From NCBI GenBank assembly GCA_048772705.1, contig JBLWGC010000230.1, forward strand, positions 1,550,001 through 1,614,000: a DNA stretch of 64,000 nucleotides, written 5' to 3'. This DNA comes from Leidyana gryllorum EB-2025a (Eukaryota > Protista > Apicomplexa). Made by a program: the position numbers and the translations under genes. This document shows positions 23,185 to 34,720 of this stretch, piece by piece. Below the pieces are notes generated by a model, which worked only from the letters and a program-made list of their open reading frames with translations, made no database searches and had not been told where the DNA came from. Each line of letters opens with the position of its first letter. The first letter of the stretch is position 1.

Positions 23185-26100
23185 TCACACACCCCACGCA
23201 GTATCCTGATGGGGCAATATATCTCTCCGGTACAAAGCCGTGTTCCTGGTATCTGCTGGTGGTGGCAGTGCCTTCGACAGTAGCCTCTGTACTGCTAAGG
23301 GTTCTTTCAAACCGGCAACATTCACACTCTCTCGTCCTTTGCTGGGCCCAATGCTCACAGCAATCAAAGGAGAGTTCTCCAACGATTTCTGTAGTATCCG
23401 AGCAAACTCCCTGAAGTCCTCCTTTGTGACACTGATGATTTGTTGGCGAACTCTGTTGAAATGATCAATCGTTGTCCCATGCATCCACCGCAAGAAAGCT
23501 GATAGACCCTTCCCACTATTCGACTTGAGCGCGTCCAGATGGGAGATTGCACGAATGATATACTGATCTATCTGATCTTGAGTCACCTTCTCCGCAATTT
23601 CCATCGCGGCCTCACCACTCCCCAACATCGTCTTATAGGTCTCTTCAATATTTGGATCTGAGTGACTCTCGGTAATGAAAACCCCGTCGCTTTGACGTAG
23701 TTGGAAGCTTCCGCCGTAAGCACCACCGAGGAACCTCACTTTGGGGAATACATAATCTGCAAGAAATCATCCCAAAAAGCAGTTCGCAATCTAAAGACCT
23801 ACCGACACTCAATATGCGAGCAGGGATGCGCTCTTTGAAGTGCACTTCTGTGAGAGGGGCATGAATCTCCCCTCCCAGGTAATTGTTGTACACCATAGCT
23901 GGTATATCCAGGAATATGCTTATCGGTCCACTGGGCCTTGCCCACGGTTCCAAGTCTTGAGCGAAGTGTGGGCGTTTATACTGCCACCCACTCATAGTGA
24001 AGCTATGATTGGTGTCTTCCTCCCCCACAATCGTGCTGGACCCCAATACTTTCTCCAGCACTTTGGCTTGAACAGCGTACAGCGCGCCCGCCAAACTTTC
24101 CTCATCCCCCGTGATGGACACCGCCATTCTGCTGGGGTTTAGAGTTCGAGTCATCAGATCCTTCATCTCCGCACATAAGGCCGGCCAATCTTTTTGAACA
24201 CGTTCCAAGAGCTTGCGCGTCGGTTCCAAACTGGCCATACCCCCCAGCTTTTCTGCTAGGAGACCTCGAAGGCTCATGTACGAGTTGAAGACACCAATGG
24301 CAGTTCGGGATGGCGAGTTCATCGGAGCAGCTTCTTGTGCGTCAATCAATTCTTTGATCCAATGCTCCGCCTTCTCCTGATCCCTTGAAAGATCAGCAGC
24401 AACGATCAATGTATCGGCGAATGTCTCCACACATTTTTCGATGTTCTCCGTTAGACACTACATAAAGCATTACATAGAATAGAACCAATGTCTCACCTGA
24501 GTCGAGTATTGATAGAAGGCAGCCACGCTTGTCGGGTCCGTGATCAGATCCGCTTGCGAGTCGTGCGAGAGTTCCAATTCAGCTCGGATACCACCCGTTT
24601 CTTTCTCCATCACCACCTGACGTTCCGAAGCTTTCATGGTGTCAGTGTCTCCGTGTATCAGAAGATGATGAAGCAGCCCCGCCAACTGCAAATCATCCAA
24701 ACTCAGGTCACGAAGGTCAATGTACATTTTGATGTACGCTATTCCGGCCGTTGGGAGTTCGTGAAGAGTGATTGGTATTTCACTGTAGTGAGTGACTTCG
24801 ATGGGGAGGTCCGCCGACTCGCGACTGATGACATCCAGGGGGAGTTTGGGAAGCTTGGCAATGATCTCTGGGGTGTCAGTGATTTCGTTCAGCGCTTTCA
24901 TTCTGGCTGTTTCGTTGACAATGTCGAGCAGCTCGCGTTCCGTGAAAGAACTCTTCAGCTGCTCTAACTCTTTGAGCTCCTGTACCCGACGGCGACCCTC
25001 GTACTCTGGGTCGCTATGCAGCATGATGGTCACACGATCTCGATTATTCAGCAAGTATCTGCAGACATAATTTAACTCGGAAAGCAGTAAGATCGCTTAC
25101 TTTTCAATGAGGGACTCAAAGAACCTAGGTTCGTCAGCCAAGTTCTTCTTGACGCATTGGAGCGTCTCATCGATTGCAAATCCTGAAAGAGGGTCCATAT
25201 CATTCGTCCACTTGTCCAATATCTTGGCTGCGTATGCCATTCCCTTGTACGGTGCATCCGCTACGTGCTTTCGGATGGCGAATTCTTGGCGGTTGAATGT
25301 CGCTTTCACCGCATCATCCTCCAAACCATCACGCACAATCTGACGCAATCCTTCAAAGATTAGTTCTTCCACCCGACGTTTTGTATCACAAGGATCGGGA
25401 TTATTTTCAGTTTTGGGGTCCTCACACTTGGGAATACCCATGAAACCAGCCTCGAAGAGCATTGCCCGTTTGTAATCACCAAATCCATCATCCACCACAC
25501 TGGTGCCGATGTGACTGTCCTGCAGGTACTTGTATAGTGGAGCTTCCCGTTTGCCCAGCAGAAGTCTACTGAGTAGACTCAAACTCATAGACTCGCACTC
25601 TGATATATCATTTCGATCACCAAGGTAGAAGATGCTGGACACTACATCCTTTGGGGTTTTGCCGTCCGGCGGTCCGTCCACATCAATATATCTGACGTCG
25701 TCCTCCCTCTGCGAGCGGAGAGTGTAACTCGTCGCCCGTCGAAGCTCCTCCGGGTCGGGAGCGAAGTCAGCTGATTCTCCCATACGTCGAGCTGCCCGGT
25801 TAGCGGCAAACGTGAGATAGTCATCGACAAGCTTAAACAAAGGCTCCATTTCGTCTGGTTGTCCAAAGTACACTATATCAGCGTTTGATGGGTGGTAGTG
25901 CTCATAATAGAAGTCCAGCAGATCTTCATACGACATGTGCACGATGTCCTGAGGTCTTCCTCCGGCTTCATTCTGATATACCGTTCCGTTGAGCAGCTGC
26001 TGCTTAAAAGCATGGTGTAGGGGCGCGAGAGGATCGCTCAAGCGACCTTTCATCTCATTGAATACCACCCCAGAGTAAGTGAGGTTGCTGTCCAAGTCTT

Positions 26101-26710
26101 CAAGCTCTAAATGCCAACCTTCTCGTTCAAAGCCGAACTTATCTTCCAGGACAAGGGGATCGAACACGCCGTCTAGATAGACGCTGACGAGATTGTACAG
26201 ATCCTGATAACATAAGGGATTGAGAGTGAGCATGACAGTCGATGACTCACTTTTGTATTAAGCGTTGAAACAGGATATGTAGTACGATCGGGATGGGTAA
26301 ATGCATTCACGAACGTAGACATGGAGGTCTTCGAGAAGTGGTCAAGTGGGAACCGCGATGGATACTTCCGAGAGCCCGATAATACTGCGTGCTCCAAAAC
26401 ATGAGGTATTCCTGTCAGATGTCTCGTTTGCAATGCATTGATTGTGCATACCTTTGTTGTCCTTCGGAATGGTCCTGAAAGACACAGCGAAGGTTTTCTC
26501 CGGTGTCTCGTAATGCGGTAGCAGGCACATAAAGCGTGCTCCCGTCGGAATATGCACAAGCTCTTCGGAGACAAGGTCGTGAAGTTTGTGGTCCTGCTGA
26601 GACACGCTCCGGAATGGCACATCCAAACCGTCCAGAACACTGGCACCTCGCACGATGTGGCCCACCACCACACAATAGATGCCAAAGATACTCCAGCGAC
26701 CGGCCGTCAT
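23185..26710 (-). CDS. M16C zinc metallopeptidase (presequence protease PreP/Cym1/falcilysin-like), multi-exon, hydrophobic leader
   Basis: FAVSFRT, GIPHVLEHAVLSGSRKYP (HxxEH), NAFTHPDRTTYP, YLDGVFDP, GVVFNEMKG, YYEHYHPSN and C-terminal VRFLGGAYGG; pieces joined by short GT-AG introns; leader MTAGRWSIFGIYCVVVGHIVRGA. Confidence 0.9.
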
Positions 26711-27263
26711 CTGTGATGTGATATGATCCACTTCGGTTCGACCACTCACCAGTTGATTTTCTGCCAACGCGATTGCTCCGCCAAGTCCTTGGGACGTACC
26801 TTGTCGCTTCCTATGCTTGCAACAACGGGTCAATCCAGTGCAGCAGAACCTGCAGAGCTTTAAGACGTGTCCGAGCCCTGTCGGGAGCTTCGGATCGGGC
26901 TGCGGATAATTCGCCTCGATCGGTGATGTATCGCACACGTGTGTTTGCAGCAGCAGAACGGGCCTGCACTAGATCAATCCAATGAGATGGCTTGTGATAC
27001 ATTCTCCAATGTTCACTCAGGCCACCTCAGTGGTGCGCGTCATCAGCAAGTTTGAGAGAAAGCAATAATGAAGCTCAAAATCCACTCCACACAAGCACAC
27101 ATTTGTCATGAATTAGTCCAAGTCTGCATTGTGCCCGCCGAAGTCGGCTCTAATAGTTCGATTCCTGCCGATGATCGCCTTTGAGAGGACAAGCGAGGTT
27201 GGATTGAAGTGGATGCGAGAAATCGTTGGCAAGACAATCAAATATAATAGAAAAGCTCAGTAA

Positions 27264-28433
27264 CTAAATGTCAACTCGCTTGCCATCAATGACAACTTCG
27301 AGATTCTCCGGCCTTCTAACAAACTTGAGCTCCACTCCATCTTCGCAGAAGCGATTCACCTCACATTCATCCGACTGAGGGGGCGGTTGGACAGTTCCAA
27401 CTGGGCTAACGGTGGCAAATGCTGAGGTGGGCGGGATGGTGGAGGGTGCAGGAGTTGGGAGGTCAGTGGTTGCGGGTTGAGTTGGTGTAACAACAACCGG
27501 GGGTGTAGTGGTAACAGGGGTTTCGGTAGGGATTTGAGGGCCGCACTCAAGCTCTTCGATAGCGGTAATGATCTCGCTCAGTTTGGCCCAGAAGTCACTG
27601 TGATCCTGAGCTCCAATGTTGACAAAGTTGTCGGTTTGACCGAGGAATCTGTTGAACCATTTCCAGGAGGACCCAGGGAGGCCATTCCAGTACTCAGGAT
27701 CGTACACAAGCGAAGCGAGATACGCCTCAGCAGCGAGCATTGAAAACATCACTTGGTCGGGATTTGGGTAGTACTGGGAAGTGCACTGGGTCTCGGCCAT
27801 CTCATCGATGAAGAGGCCTGTGCTAGGCGACATATTCTGAACATCGTTGCCATCTCCTTCAAAATGAGGAGGTGCGTCTGTGATCATAACAATGAGATTA
27901 GCGGAGTCAATGCTAAGGCTCCAACTCAAGTTGAATGTCTGACCAGCAGCCAGTAATGCTCCAAACTGGTTCTCAGCCGGGTCGCCCCCTCCAACGCGCG
28001 TCAATCCAGCGTAGTAGTTTGTGAGCAAAGTCGCGTTGGTAGTGAAATCGAGGCCGATCTCTTGACAGTAGTCAGTCTCCGGAACTCCAAATGGCACAAT
28101 GGGCTTGTCGCGGAAACTCATTACAGCGAAGCGACTCGAAGGATGAGCTTTGGACAGTTCGGTCACCATGCTCGGCAGTTGGACGTTGACCATCTGATCA
28201 AAGTTGTCATCAAATGAGGCTGTGGCGTCCTGAATCAGTAGTATATCAATTGGGAAGTCGCAAGTGGCAGGGGTCCGATGAGCATAGAAGCTATCGGAAC
28301 GGGCACTCCGATCCTTGTTGTTCTTCCAAGGAGCACTCATTGACGAAACAGACTCGAGAGGGCCATAGACGTCTTCCAAAGTCTTCGAAGAGGCCAAGGC
28401 TCCGACGATGACAGCTATCAGTTGAAAATACAT
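27264..28433 (-). CDS. Secreted von Willebrand A (integrin beta-I-like) domain protein with Thr/Pro-rich stalk
   Basis: Signal peptide MYFQLIAVIVGALAS; DILLIQDATASF (MIDAS-like DxTxS), RFAVMSFRDKPIVPF, GGGDPAENQ, LIVMITDAPPHFEGDG, YYP; T/P-rich segment; no transmembrane helix seen. Confidence 0.85.
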   Translation of the reverse strand: MYFQLIAVIVGALASSKTLEDVYGPLESVSSMSAPWKNNKDRSARSDSFYAHRTPATCDFPIDILLIQDATASFDDNFDQMVNVQLPSMVTELSKAHPSSRFAVMSFRDKPIVPFGVPETDYCQEIGLDFTTNATLLTNYYAGLTRVGGGDPAENQFGALLAAGQTFNLSWSLSIDSANLIVMITDAPPHFEGDGNDVQNMSPSTGLFIDEMAETQCTSQYYPNPDQVMFSMLAAEAYLASLVYDPEYWNGLPGSSWKWFNRFLGQTDNFVNIGAQDHSDFWAKLSEIITAIEELECGPQIPTETPVTTTPPVVVTPTQPATTDLPTPAPSTIPPTSAFATVSPVGTVQPPPQSDECEVNRFCEDGVELKFVRRPENLEVVIDGKRVDI

Positions 28434-28961
28434 TGAGTTTAAAGCAGCGAGGTTGGGGGAGTAAGAGTAAGAGAAAGAGAGAGGTAGATGTGGATTCAGA
28501 TTCTTGACGATCTAATCTATTGAGTCTCTACGTTATTGGGACTTATGGCACACGCACATCGAGGGCTTGCGTCACCCGAACGGGAGTATGTAATAAACGA
28601 TGGCTCAGATGGTGTCAAGCTCGCGATTTTATATACCTCTGTCTTCATCACTAGCACACCTTCTTTTCTCGTATCTATTTGAGTGCCTATCAGCTCGTCC
28701 GACTGACGTGGGGGTATAGGATAGGTATATCCAGTTCATAGCCTACAACAGAATAAGGGTGGGAGTCAGTGCCTTCTTAGCCCATTCTGCTCGAGAGCTA
28801 TTACGTAGTACGACACTTAAGGTGGCCCGCTTGTTCCGAAATATGGAGAATTGATCCCAAGGACATGGGATGTAGTATGTGAGAACAGAAGTCTTTCGTT
28901 TGTGAACAATATTGAATGAAAGCAAAAGCAGATGTCACAATTTGATCAAAATCTTCATGTT

Positions 28962-30887
28962 CTAATCAACTTCCTCAACGGTGGGTCCACCGGGGGCGGG
29001 CTCACCCATGTCACCGGGCATTCCACCGGGCATGCCGCCGGGCATGCCACCGGCTTGGTAGACCTTAGCGATGATGGGGTTGCAGACGGCCTCCAGCTCC
29101 TTCTGCTTGGCCTCAAACTGCTCCTTCTCGGCATTCTCGTTAGCGCTGAGCCAGGCGTTGATCTCATCGATCTTAGACTCAATGGCAGTGCGATCAGCCT
29201 CGTCAATCTTCGACTTCATGTTGTCGTCGTTGATGGTGTTCTTCATAGAGAAGCAGTAGTTCTCCACACCGTTCTTGGCTTCAACGCGCTCCTTGACCTT
29301 ACGATCGTCGTCGGCGAACTGCTCAGCCTCACGAACCATACGGTCGATATCAGCCTGAGAAAGTCTACCCTTCTCGTTGGTGATGGTGATCTTGTTGGAC
29401 TTGCCAGTGGCCTTCTCAACAGCAGAGACGTTGAGGATACCGTTGGCATCGACATCGAAGGTGACATCGATCTGAGGAACACCACGAGGGGCGGGGGGGA
29501 TGCCATCAAGGTGGAACTTGCCGAGCAAGTTGTTGTCCTTAGTCATGGCACGCTCACCCTCGAAGACTTGGATGAGGACACCGGGCTGGTTGTCGGCGTA
29601 GGTGGTGAAAGTCTGGGACTTCTTGGTGGGGATGGTCGAGTTACGCTCGATCAACTTGGTCATCACACCGCCAGCAGTCTCCAAACCGAGAGAGAGGGGA
29701 GCGACATCAAGAAGAAGGAGGTCGGTGACCTTGTCACCACCAGTGTTGGTGAGGATAGCAGCCTGAACGGCAGCACCGTAGGCGACGGCCTCATCGGGGT
29801 TGATGGAACGGCAGGGCTCCTTGCCGTTGAAGAAGTCTTGGACGAGCTGTTTGATCTTGGGGATACGGGTAGAACCACCGACCAAGACGATCTCGTGGAC
29901 GTTCTTCTTGGCGATGCCGGAATCCTTGAGAACCTTCTCGACGGGCTCCATGCATCTGCGGAAGTAGTCGATGTTGAGGTCCTCGAAACGGGCGCGAGTG
30001 ATGCTCAGGTTGAAGTCGATTCCGTCCATATCGAGCTCAACGGAAGCTTGAGTGGCGGTAGACAGAGTACGCTTAGCGCGCTCACACTGAGTGCGGAGAC
30101 GACGCAGGGCACGCGGGTTCTGACGGAGGTCAGTCTTGTGCTTCTTCAGGAACTCGTTGACGCAGTAGTCAACAAGACGGTTGTCGAAGTCTTCACCACC
30201 GAGATGGGTGTCACCAGCAGTGGCCTTGACCTCGAAGATACCCTCTTCGATGGTGAGGAGGGAGACATCGAAAGTACCACCACCGAGATCGAAGACCAAA
30301 ACGTTCTTCTCGCCGGCCTCAGACTTCTTGTCCAAACCGTAGGCGATGGCAGCGGCGGTGGGCTCGTTGATGATACGCAGAACCTCCATACCGGCGATCT
30401 TACCAGCGTCCTTAGTGGCCTGACGCTGAGAGTCATTGAAATAGGCGGGGACAGTGATGACAGCTTGAGTGACCTTGGTGTTCAAGTAAGCTTCAGCAGT
30501 CTCCTTCATCTTAGTCAAGACCATAGCGGAGATTTCCTCAGGGTGGAAAGTCTTCTTCTGGCCCTGGAACTTGACCTCGATGAGGGGTTTGTCATCAGCG
30601 CCAGCACGGACGGTGAAGGGCCAGTGCTTGAGGTCGCTTTGGACGGCGGGGTCCTGGAATTTGCGACCGATAAGACGCTTGGCATCGAAAACAGTGTTCT
30701 CGACGTTGCGAGCGAACTGGTTCTGAGCGGCCTCACCAATCAGACGCTCAGTGTCAGTAAAGGCAACAACAGAAGGAGTGGTTCTGTTGCCTTGGTCGTT
30801 GGCGATGATTTCGACGGCTTCATTCTTGAATACACCCACGCAGGAGTAGGTAGTACCAAGATCGATACCAACAGCGAGTCCAGACAT
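28962..30887 (-). CDS. HSP70: Cytosolic Hsp70 (copy 1), intronless
   Basis: [38 protein letters not shown] linker, GGMP repeats, C-terminal PTVEEVD. Confidence 0.99.
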   Translation of the reverse strand: MSGLAVGIDLGTTYSCVGVFKNEAVEIIANDQGNRTTPSVVAFTDTERLIGEAAQNQFARNVENTVFDAKRLIGRKFQDPAVQSDLKHWPFTVRAGADDKPLIEVKFQGQKKTFHPEEISAMVLTKMKETAEAYLNTKVTQAVITVPAYFNDSQRQATKDAGKIAGMEVLRIINEPTAAAIAYGLDKKSEAGEKNVLVFDLGGGTFDVSLLTIEEGIFEVKATAGDTHLGGEDFDNRLVDYCVNEFLKKHKTDLRQNPRALRRLRTQCERAKRTLSTATQASVELDMDGIDFNLSITRARFEDLNIDYFRRCMEPVEKVLKDSGIAKKNVHEIVLVGGSTRIPKIKQLVQDFFNGKEPCRSINPDEAVAYGAAVQAAILTNTGGDKVTDLLLLDVAPLSLGLETAGGVMTKLIERNSTIPTKKSQTFTTYADNQPGVLIQVFEGERAMTKDNNLLGKFHLDGIPPAPRGVPQIDVTFDVDANGILNVSAVEKATGKSNKITITNEKGRLSQADIDRMVREAEQFADDDRKVKERVEAKNGVENYCFSMKNTINDDNMKSKIDEADRTAIESKIDEINAWLSANENAEKEQFEAKQKELEAVCNPIIAKVYQAGGMPGGMPGGMPGDMGEPAPGGPTVEEVD

Positions 30888-31504
30888 GATGTGAGTTTGA
30901 GTCGATTTGCAGTGAAGGATGAAAATAAATTTCTGAGCCGTACAAAAAACGTCTTCGTTGCGTCTCAGTCGTATCCCTCAAGTGATTTGGTGTCTCGTCG
31001 CGGCTCGAAATCACACTTGTTCTCAAGAGCTTTTCGAACAACCACACTGACTGCACTACTCTTCGCTTGTCCGCAAGTGTAATCCTGACACGCGAAGACA
31101 AGTCTTCTGTGTATCGTTTTGGACCCTTTAGGTCTTGGGTGGTGCTTACCTACACTTCACACATGTCCAGCTCCATACCGATCGTAAGCGAACCTCGCAT
31201 CGCACCCCGAAACTACTTAGGTAACTGAGTCGTTCAAGGAGTAGGTAGACGGATCAGAAAAGTGGACCGATTCAGAAAACGCGACGCTCTTCAGCTGCCC
31301 TCACCCTCCCTATAAGTACTGCTCCTACTACCCCTCGGAAACTCTCTCGCTAAGAGCAGCTGAAAGATCTAATGGCATCCGCCTTGTGATGGGATGTGAT
31401 AGTATTAAAACAGAAAAAGTTAGAGTCTCGATCGGAGTCAATGGAAGGTCGCGCTCATAACCTGGCAGCCCTTTTGACTCGTAGCGGATCAGTTGACAAC
31501 GAGA

Positions 31505-33169
31505 TCAATCTTGCTCCACCTCATAGCGTTCTCGTAGCGAATCACGAATACACTCGTACCAGTCATCGGGCGCTCCGGTGTCCTGTTCGTCAACATCCGT
31601 TTGCTTGAAAAGGAAAGGTTTCCTCTCCTGTGGTTTCGTCTCCTGTGGTTCGGTTGATGATGGATTTTCACGAATGATTTTCAGTCTGCCACCATCGAAC
31701 TCGGCAGCTGACAGAGTCAGGATACCTTCGGCATCGATATCAAACACCAACACCGTCTTCGAGCATTCAATACAGTGTCTATACCCTTTCAAGCGGAATA
31801 CACCCAACACGCGCTTGTCCTTTGCATTGTCAGCGTCGCCTTCGAATACTCGAATGGTGGCGCAGTCCTGCGATATGGCACCAACGTTGGCCTCGTGGTA
31901 GCACTTCTTGGGAACTATAAGATTTCGGTCAAGAAAACTGTCCATTTTGCCATCACTAGTCTGCACCCAGAGAGACATGGAAGCCACATCGACCAGCAGG
32001 AGATCTTTGAAGTGATCTCCACTCGTTTTACCGAGTACGGCAGCGTAGATAGCGGCACCATAGGCGACGGACTCATCCGGCTTGACAGAACCAGTAGGCT
32101 CTTTGCCGGAAAAGAAGTCTTTGACCAGCTGTTTGATCTTTGGTATGCGGCTGGAGCCTCCGACCATCACAATATCATCTATCTGTGTCTTCTCGAGGCG
32201 AGAATCCTTTATGACTCTTTCGAGGAGTTCCGTGCACTTACGGAAGTAATCAGCATTCAGCTCCTCAAAAAGGGTACGGCTTATTGGAATACAGATGTCA
32301 GCTCCTTGCATATCGAGTTCCACAAACGCCTGTGTGGCAGTAGATAGTGTGCGTTTGGCACGTTCACATTGTGTACGGAGACGTCGTTGGGCGCGCGGAT
32401 TTTGACTGATATCAATGTGGTATTTTGCTTCTAACTCCTTGGTACAGTGTTCGACCAGCCGAGTATCGAAATCTTGACCACCCAGATGGGTGTCACCCGC
32501 CGTTGCTTTGACCTCGTATAGCTCGTCCTCAATTGCTAAGACTGATACATCAAAGGTGCCACCTCCGAGGTCGAAGACCAGTACGTACTTCTCCCCTTTA
32601 TCAAAAGTCTGATTCGCGCCGTAGGCAATGGCCGTGGCCGAGGGTTCATTGAGGAGACGCAGGACAGTGAGCCCTGCGATCTCACCTGCCTCCCTGGTGG
32701 CTTGACGTTGGAAATTATCGAAATGCGCCGGTACACTGATGACAGCACGGGTGACAGACGTCCCCAGATGAGCTTCCGCGAGGTTTTTCATATTTGTCAA
32801 AATCATCGCACAGACCTCCTCAGGCCGGAGAGTCTTCTCTTCTCCGCCAGAGGAGACGCTGATCTCCGGCCGATTGTCGCGTCCTTCGGACATCTTGAAA
32901 GGCCAATGTTTCAAATCCTGCCGAACGTTCTCTTCATTGTACAGCCGACCAATCAGTCTTTTGGTGTCGAAGATAGTGTTCGTCACATTCCGGGCAATCT
33001 GGCCTTTAGCACTGTCGCCAATCAAACATTCATTTTCGTTGAAGGCAACTACACACGGTGTACGCATGTTGCCTTCGCAATTGTCAATAATGTCAACACT
33101 TCCATTGTTAAATACACCCACACAGCACGATACGGTACCAAGATCAATGCCAATAACGGGTCCCGACAT
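31505..33169 (-). CDS. Divergent Hsp70: intact NBD and linker, degenerate substrate-binding domain, no lid
   Basis: [40 protein letters not shown] and DLLLVDV retained; SBD diverged and shortened; ends RYEVEQD; 554-aa uninterrupted ORF. Confidence 0.9.
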   Translation of the reverse strand: MSGPVIGIDLGTVSCCVGVFNNGSVDIIDNCEGNMRTPCVVAFNENECLIGDSAKGQIARNVTNTIFDTKRLIGRLYNEENVRQDLKHWPFKMSEGRDNRPEISVSSGGEEKTLRPEEVCAMILTNMKNLAEAHLGTSVTRAVISVPAHFDNFQRQATREAGEIAGLTVLRLLNEPSATAIAYGANQTFDKGEKYVLVFDLGGGTFDVSVLAIEDELYEVKATAGDTHLGGQDFDTRLVEHCTKELEAKYHIDISQNPRAQRRLRTQCERAKRTLSTATQAFVELDMQGADICIPISRTLFEELNADYFRKCTELLERVIKDSRLEKTQIDDIVMVGGSSRIPKIKQLVKDFFSGKEPTGSVKPDESVAYGAAIYAAVLGKTSGDHFKDLLLVDVASMSLWVQTSDGKMDSFLDRNLIVPKKCYHEANVGAISQDCATIRVFEGDADNAKDKRVLGVFRLKGYRHCIECSKTVLVFDIDAEGILTLSAAEFDGGRLKIIRENPSSTEPQETKPQERKPFLFKQTDVDEQDTGAPDDWYECIRDSLRERYEVEQD

Positions 33170-33246
33170 GGTCCGCGATGCAGGCTATGCACAAAAAGTT
33201 CACAGGGTGTGACGAAATAACTCACAGTGTCACCCTATGTTGGGGG

Positions 33247-34344
33247 TTAGACTTTCACTAAACTATCTTTTGTTCTGCAGTGGTCTGATGACTCATTTGT
33301 TATTGGCTCGCTGGACTGTGATGTCTGGTCATTGACGCCTAACTCCAGCAGGGAACTACTGGGAACAATGTCAGTGCCCTTGTCACCACCAGTGTTGGTG
33401 AGGATAGCAGCCTGAACGGCAGCACCGTAGGCGACGGCCTCATCGGGGTTGATGGAACGGCAGGGCTCCTTGCCGTTGAAAGAGTCTTGGACGAGCTGTT
33501 TGATCTTGGGGATACGGGTAGAACCACCGACCAAGACGATCTCGTGGACGTTCTTCTTGGCGATGCCGGAATCCCGAATGACCTGTTTTACCATCTCCTC
33601 ACACTTACGCAAGTAGTCCGTGATGAGATCTCCGGAAAGGACGCGAGTGAGACGAATACTGACTTCTCCTTCATCTCCATCGATGTCAACATTGACCTCT
33701 TTGGCAGAAGAGAGGGAACAGTTGGCGCGCTCACACTGAGTACGAAGGTGATTCAGCCTACAGGGTTCTGTCGAAGGTCAGTTTTATGCCGGATCCTCAG
33801 TTCCGCCACACAGTAGTCAACAAGACGGTTGTCAAAGTCCACTCCACCCAGATTCACGTCGCCAACCGTGGCCTTTACCTCAGGAATACCCCCTCTAACG
33901 GTGAGGAGGGACACATCGAAAGTACCACCACCAAGATCGAAGACCACAACATTCTTCCCGCCGGTTTCAGACTTTTTGTGCAAACCGTAGGCGATGGCCA
34001 CGGCAGGGGCCTCGCTGATGATGCGCAGAACCTCCATACCGGCGACCTCCACAGCGTCCTTGACAGCTTGACGCTGGGGAGTGGCCGAAGCACGCGGGAA
34101 CAGTAACAACAGCCTGAGTTACGTTCGTGTTCAGATAAACTTCAGCGCTTTCCCCATCTTCCGCAGGAGCATAGCACAGATCTCCTCCGGGTGAAAGCTC
34201 TTTTTCCGCCCCTGGAACTCTCCTAAAATGAGCGCTTTGTCCTCGGGTCCGGTAAAAACTGTGACAGGCTAGTGTCCGAGGTGACTTCGTACAGCAGTTG
34301 GTTGCTCCAAAGTCAATACCAATGGCTTGTCTGTGCGACGGCAT
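33247..34344 (-). pseudogene. Hsp70 pseudogene (frameshifts, internal deletion, 3' truncation)
   Basis: AIGIDFGATNCC, then [39 protein letters not shown] and [12 protein letters not shown] lie in different frames with no splice signals explaining the shifts; much of NBD lobe I is missing; the reading stops after the NBD. Confidence 0.85.
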
Positions 34345-34720
34345 CCAATGAAGATGTGTACAGAGGTGTGCAGCGTGGAGGGGTCTCAATTGACGACGTC
34401 CTGACACAAAAAATCCAATATCAGGAACCAAGGCGCTCACAGTGTCGACCAGCTCGAATCTGGAGCTGCACTGGGGAGAGAGCCTCTCAATACCCGTCTC
34501 AATAAGTTCTCAGCACACGAATACCCTTTTCTCTCCCCTGAGCAGAAACATAACTCGCAGTACGGCCTTCACAGGCTCGTAACATCTGAGAGAGGTTGTG
34601 GGTATGCAATAATCGAACACGAATCAGAGAAGGGCAAAAAGGGGAGTCCAGTTCAGAAAAACACTGACAACAAAAACCAAATCACTTCGCGATATTTGTT
34701 CAAAGAGCCGTAGAGTTCAT

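Noticed and set aside
28932-31082. 716-aa antisense ORF covering Hsp70 copy 1 (and 35120-35809 / 35813-36712 opposite copy 2)
   Set aside because: Long in-register antisense ORFs are a known by-product of biased Hsp70 codon usage (avoidance of TTA/CTA/TCA). The equivalent frame on copy 2 is broken by a TCA Ser codon, and the product has no independent motifs.
30888-31504. Heat-shock elements upstream of Hsp70 copy 1
   Set aside because: The spacer is long and probably regulatory, but no convincing array of three or more alternating nGAAn units was seen.
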